Assembly (NCBI GenBank): GCA_963793425.1
Contig: CAWCAG010000009.1
Coordinates: forward strand, 32,001 to 96,000
Direction: 5' to 3'
DNA: 64,000 bases
Source: an uncultured cyanobacterium
GTDB taxonomy: Bacteria; Cyanobacteriota; Cyanobacteriia; Cyanobacteriales; CAWCAG01
Shown: positions 60,110 to 64,000 of the stretch, piece after piece
Numbering within the stretch: position 1 is the stretch's first letter
How the letters are laid out: each line of letters opens with the position of its first letter
Position numbers and translations under genes: made by a program
The notes under the pieces: generated by a model
The model's input: the letters and a program-made list of their open reading frames with translations, nothing else
Told to the model about the DNA's origin: nothing
Databases searched by the model: none

Positions 60110-61270
60110 TTAGTCTTTACCTTGAAAAAGATCGACGAAAGTTTTTATCTTTTCAAAAACCTCATCGTACGTGATAATTTGGACATTCCTATGTTCAGAT
60201 CTATACATTTCAAAAGACTTTCTCTTTCCGTCATCAGATAGTTCATTGTGTCCATGTCCTAAAATAATGATGCAGAGAGGATTGAAAACCTCGAAATAAT
60301 CTCCTGAGTGATCAACTAATCTATCGTATTCTTTAATCAACGTATCTTTATATGTAGATATCTGAGTTACAGCACCTAATAAATCATTTGAAGGACTATA
60401 AATGCCTTCTCTATATTTCGCTCCTAGAAGACGACTAGTAGGAGTTTTTATTTCAATTAGGGAGGTATTTCTGGTTAACTTATTGACAAAAAGAAAATCT
60501 ATAATATTACCACCAGTATTTCCTATTCCTTTACCTCCAACATATGCTTGTGAAGAAAGTATAGTTACTGGCGTATTGAAAACTTGTGAAAGTATCAAAG
60601 AATGTTCTGCCAGCAGCTTCTGCCAAAATGACTCATTAGAATTATTTTCATTCTTTTTCCAAACTTCGAGAATTTGCTTAAGCTTGTTTACCTCAACTAG
60701 AGTATTTAACATTTTCTGAACTTGAACATCTCGATTATCGTCGCTTTCTTCCAGGAAGTTGACAACAAGCTGAGCAATCTGATTTGAAATATAAATAAGT
60801 TCTAAAATCTTGCTGAATTCATCGGGGTTTTCAGCTTTTTCGGTAAGCCTAGTTGTTACATCTCTAATATGTTTATTCTTACCAAAAAGGGGGATTACTT
60901 TTTCTCTCCACTCGTTTAGAGATTTCCAAACTTTGTCGTTATCTTGAAAGTAAACTTCTCTAAAAACATCTTTAGTGTGACTTTTGCGTTCCAACTCAAA
61001 ATTTTCAGAGATTATAGTTGCAGCATGATTTACGCTTTTGGCCTTTTCTTGAAGAGCAGGAATAAGGCAATGGCAATCCTGCAAACTTCTAGTTCTAGAT
61101 CTTATTTGTAGATTGTCTAAAAGAACCAACTCTACAAATAGACTGTCTTTTGCTCTTGAAGTCTTTAGGCTTTCATATAAGGTAGAATATAGTTTTTTGT
61201 CTTTAGTAGTTACATTAACAACTACCATCAATCTTGTTCCCGTTACTAAAAGGATGTTCTGCTCTGTCAT
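60110..61270 (-). CDS. sduA: Shedu-type (DUF4263) anti-phage nuclease
   Basis: NESFWQ..., AYVGGK, IDFL, LIEIKTP, GAVTQ, IITYDE motifs in the C-terminal half; unrecognised N-terminal domain. Confidence 0.8.
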   Translation of the reverse strand: MTEQNILLVTGTRLMVVVNVTTKDKKLYSTLYESLKTSRAKDSLFVELVLLDNLQIRSRTRSLQDCHCLIPALQEKAKSVNHAATIISENFELERKSHTKDVFREVYFQDNDKVWKSLNEWREKVIPLFGKNKHIRDVTTRLTEKAENPDEFSKILELIYISNQIAQLVVNFLEESDDNRDVQVQKMLNTLVEVNKLKQILEVWKKNENNSNESFWQKLLAEHSLILSQVFNTPVTILSSQAYVGGKGIGNTGGNIIDFLFVNKLTRNTSLIEIKTPTSRLLGAKYREGIYSPSNDLLGAVTQISTYKDTLIKEYDRLVDHSGDYFEVFNPLCIIILGHGHNELSDDGKRKSFEMYRSEHRNVQIITYDEVFEKIKTFVDLFQGKD

Positions 61271-61273
61271 TTT

Positions 61274-61348
61274 TCAAAACCAAACTGACTTGAAATCCTG
61301 CACAAACATAACAATACTAACAAAAATAGTAAATAACTCAAATGCCCC
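61274..61348 (-). pseudogene. Diverged duplicate of the trkH 3' end
   Basis: Encodes GAFELFTIFVSIVMFVQDFKSVWF* versus trkH GRLEFFTVFVGVVRFLQDFKSVWF* at 62043-62117. Confidence 0.85.
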
Positions 61349-61505
61349 AATACCTCTTGTAGGGTATGTCTATGTTGTTGAAAATTATAGCCCAATTCAC
61401 CAATTTTCTCATTTTTAACCTTAGCGATCGCAACTGCTTTAGTATAAGCAATTTTCCAAATCATACCTAAAGTTAGATTAGATCCTTCTACATTGAGACA
61501 ACACT

Positions 61506-61873
61506 CTATTTGCTATTAACTGAAATTGCCCACTCTCTTATCTTTCTGCGAATCATTCTTCTGCCTTCCATACGATATTGATTAATTATCATCGGAATTT
61601 CTTGTACAAGGAGATTAGGAAAAACCAAACTCTGCTGTGACTCTTGATATTCCTCATTTTCTCCTAATAAATAAACCTTGAGTTTTCCTTGGTCGTAACA
61701 CCATAATTCAGGTATTCTTAAACGAGCATATAGGGGAAAGCGATTTAGAGATTTACTAGTAATATAAATTTCTAAAATCAAATCTGGAGAAAGATATTCT
61801 CAAATTGTTCCCAACTAAAGTTATGTAACAAAACTCTATCTGCACGACGTTGAGTAAACATGGTACTTTTCAT
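61506..61873 (-). pseudogene. Uma2-family gene with internal deletion and frameshift
   Basis: N-terminus RVLLHNFSWEQFENI joined out of frame to PDLILEIYITSKS..RFPLYARLRIPELW. Confidence 0.75.
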
Positions 61874-62042
61874 TTATCCTTAAACATTAAACATTTCGTG
61901 GGAAGTAAGTTAAGCTAAAACTGGATTTTAAAAACACTTTTGCTATTGGCTAATCTAATGTGCATACTATCTTAAGATACTTGCAAAGTATTAGTATAAA
62001 CTGACCGAATGTAAGGTTCAAACACACATCGACTTACTTAGT

Positions 62043-63569
62043 TTAAAACCAAACTGACTTAAAATCCTGCAAAAACCTGACAACCCCAACAAATACAGTA
62101 AAGAATTCCAAACGCCCCAGGAACATACCAACAATATGCGTCCACAACAAACCAACAGGGGCATCTGAAGCTGTAACCCCCACAGAAAGCCCTACTGTAC
62201 TCAGGCTGCTTGCATACTCAAATAAGCTGTCTTGCAAAGAGTAGCCATAGCTAGCGGTAATCAAAACCCCAATGAAATAAACTAGGAAGTATAAAAAGAC
62301 AAATAAAGCAATGTTGCGGATTAAACCATCATTGAGGAAGCGGCGCTGTTCTCCTTGCCAAAAGTCTGGTTCTGTGACAGTATTTGGGGGTAGTAACATC
62401 CGGCGCACTTCCCATAATAAGGCTCGATAAAGAGCATAGATGCGAAACTGTTTGATACCTCCAGCCGTTGCTCCTGTTCCCCCGCCAATTAACATTAAAG
62501 GAATTAAGATCAACCAGCCCAAACTATTCCAGTCACCATAACCGACAGTAGAAAAGCCGGTTGTAGAAAGGGCAGTGATAGTTTCAAAGATGGCGACTCT
62601 GATACTTTTTTGCCAAGTAGGATAAAGTTGCGTTGTTACCCCCAAAAAGAGAATTAGGGCAGACAATGGTATAACTAAGGCTTGCAGCCTAATTTCGCCG
62701 TTGCGTAGTACTGCTTTGAATTTGCCGCGCAACAACATATAGCCAGTGAGGAAATTCACTGTACCAAAAATCATCAACACAATGGTGACAGCCTCTATCG
62801 GCGCACTGTCCCAATAACCAATAGAATCAGTACGGGTAGAAAATCCCCCGGTGGAGAGGGCAGCGAAGGAATGATTAACCGCATCAAACCAACCCATACC
62901 TGCAACCCATAAAGCAATTGTTCCGACTGCTACGTAACCAGAGTAGATACTTAGAACTAGTTTAGCTGACTTGCGGACATTAGGGGCAAGTTGTTCGGTG
63001 CGTCCTTCGGCTGCGGTTAATCCTGAACCAGAAGCCCCGGTAATTGCACTTAAGGTTATGATTGCCAAACCCGCACCCCCAGCTAGTTCTATGGTACTGC
63101 GAAATAATAAAATGAGGTGAGAAGCTTGGGTGACATCCACAACAGATAATCCGGTGGTTGTCCAACCGCTAGTAGATTCAAATACGGCTTGGGTAAAAGT
63201 TAGTCCTTGGATTGTCATCAGGGGAAAAACACCAATGCCGATAGCAAGCAACCAGGAAAAGACGACAATGACAGCCCCTTCTTGCAAGGTGAGACTGTGA
63301 GTCTTTTTCGGAACAAGTTGCCACCATAGCAACCCCCCAATTATAGTCGTGATTAACCCAGGTACTAAAAACCCCCAAGCGAGGTTGATTTCTTCGGGAT
63401 AGGCGAATAGGGCGATGAGAGGGGCGATGGTAACTAAACCGGCGATCGCACAACTTAAGCCAGTGTAACCTAAGATAGCTCGATATCTTTGGCGTAAAAA
63501 TCTGCCGTAGCGCCCTTGATTTGATATGGTTGTAGACAATGTTTTGCTCCCCTTGGTATTATGAACCAA
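62043..63569 (-). CDS. trkH: TrkH-family potassium uptake membrane subunit
   Basis: FESTSGWTTTGLS, STGGFS, TTGFS, GGGTGATAGGIK, GRLEF. Confidence 0.92.
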   Translation of the reverse strand: MVHNTKGSKTLSTTISNQGRYGRFLRQRYRAILGYTGLSCAIAGLVTIAPLIALFAYPEEINLAWGFLVPGLITTIIGGLLWWQLVPKKTHSLTLQEGAVIVVFSWLLAIGIGVFPLMTIQGLTFTQAVFESTSGWTTTGLSVVDVTQASHLILLFRSTIELAGGAGLAIITLSAITGASGSGLTAAEGRTEQLAPNVRKSAKLVLSIYSGYVAVGTIALWVAGMGWFDAVNHSFAALSTGGFSTRTDSIGYWDSAPIEAVTIVLMIFGTVNFLTGYMLLRGKFKAVLRNGEIRLQALVIPLSALILFLGVTTQLYPTWQKSIRVAIFETITALSTTGFSTVGYGDWNSLGWLILIPLMLIGGGTGATAGGIKQFRIYALYRALLWEVRRMLLPPNTVTEPDFWQGEQRRFLNDGLIRNIALFVFLYFLVYFIGVLITASYGYSLQDSLFEYASSLSTVGLSVGVTASDAPVGLLWTHIVGMFLGRLEFFTVFVGVVRFLQDFKSVWF

Positions 63570-64000
63570 CTAACATTCTCATTAACTGCCCATAGTTATC
63601 TGGTTGGCTGAGCAGAATTAAACGGTCTTTTACTTTTAAACTAGTTTGACCTCCTGGTACAATGACTTCTCCCTGGCGGAGGATGCAAGCAATTAATGTT
63701 CCTGTGGGTAATTGCAATTCCTGTAGCTTTTTCCCTAATCCAGGACTGTCTTCTGTGAGGGCAACTTCTGTAACATTGACTTTGCCTTCTGCCACAGGAA
63801 GAAGGTTAGTGATTTCTTCTACACTTGTTTGCTGTTCAATTAAACTAGTAATGATTTCCGTGGCAGAAAAAGCGACGCTAATACCCAATTTTTCAAAGAT
63901 AGCGCGGTTTTCTGGATCATTGACTAAAGCAACGGTGCGAGGTACACCATACTTTTTCTGGGCAATTTGACAAGCAATTAAGTTATCTTGGTCTTGGGAA
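63559..64000 (-). CDS. trkA: TrkA-family regulatory subunit (5' end outside window)
   Basis: DQDNLIACQIA RCK-N end and TrkA-C (GKKLQEL.LP...IACILRQGEVIVPGG); frame stays open to the window edge. Confidence 0.88.
   Translation of the reverse strand, partial: SQDQDNLIACQIAQKKYGVPRTVALVNDPENRAIFEKLGISVAFSATEIITSLIEQQTSVEEITNLLPVAEGKVNVTEVALTEDSPGLGKKLQELQLPTGTLIACILRQGEVIVPGGQTSLKVKDRLILLSQPDNYGQLMRMLVGS

Larger units (their letters stand above)
1864..63449. repeat. Dispersed HIP1 octamer GCGATCGC (more than 30 copies by eye)
   Basis: Seen near 1864, 7144, 9911, 14418, 24142, 30147, 44932, 54493, 63442 and many others; hallmark of cyanobacterial genomes. Confidence 0.9.

Noticed and set aside
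61267..61464. 65-aa ORF as a real gene
   Set aside because: It overlaps the trkH-end duplicate in a different frame and has no motif support
633..63970. Numerous short ORFs antisense to or overlapping real genes (e.g. 633-956, 16519-16815, 49064-49429, 56369-56809, 60402-60719, 63662-63970)
   Set aside because: Shadow frames of well-supported genes with no recognisable motifs

Overview
Chromosomal window from a cyanobacterium: more than 30 HIP1 GCGATCGC octamers by eye and typical cyanobacterial genes (petR/petP-like pair, spkB-like kinase, Uma2, CHASE2). Most of it is housekeeping: pheT, pcrA, gnd, surE, acsA, rplI, ilvE, recQ, msrA, hemW, ruvX, coaE, map, amiC, trkH/trkA, tRNA-Leu(GAG) and tRNA-Asn(GTT). 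The most unusual part is 16.9-22.0 kb. It holds a non-coding head-to-tail array of ten 203-204-bp hairpin-rich units, next to an NLR-like locus. In that locus a small Bell-like helical protein ending in an N/Q/G-rich amyloid-like tail is separated by one in-frame TGA-C from an NB-ARC ATPase and nine near-identical 42-aa TPRs that vary mainly at two codons. The TPR part also carries three further in-frame TGAs and a frameshift. Other accessory items: an internally deleted ISL3, a MITE family (one copy truncates an AraC gene), an IS605-like end that supplies the rplI stop codon, a patch of gene fragments at 37.7-41 kb, a proteobacterial-type glpD, a DUF433/PIN toxin-antitoxin pair, and a Shedu nuclease preceded by a diverged duplicate of the trkH 3' end. 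All family assignments are from motif recognition by eye; no database searches were run.
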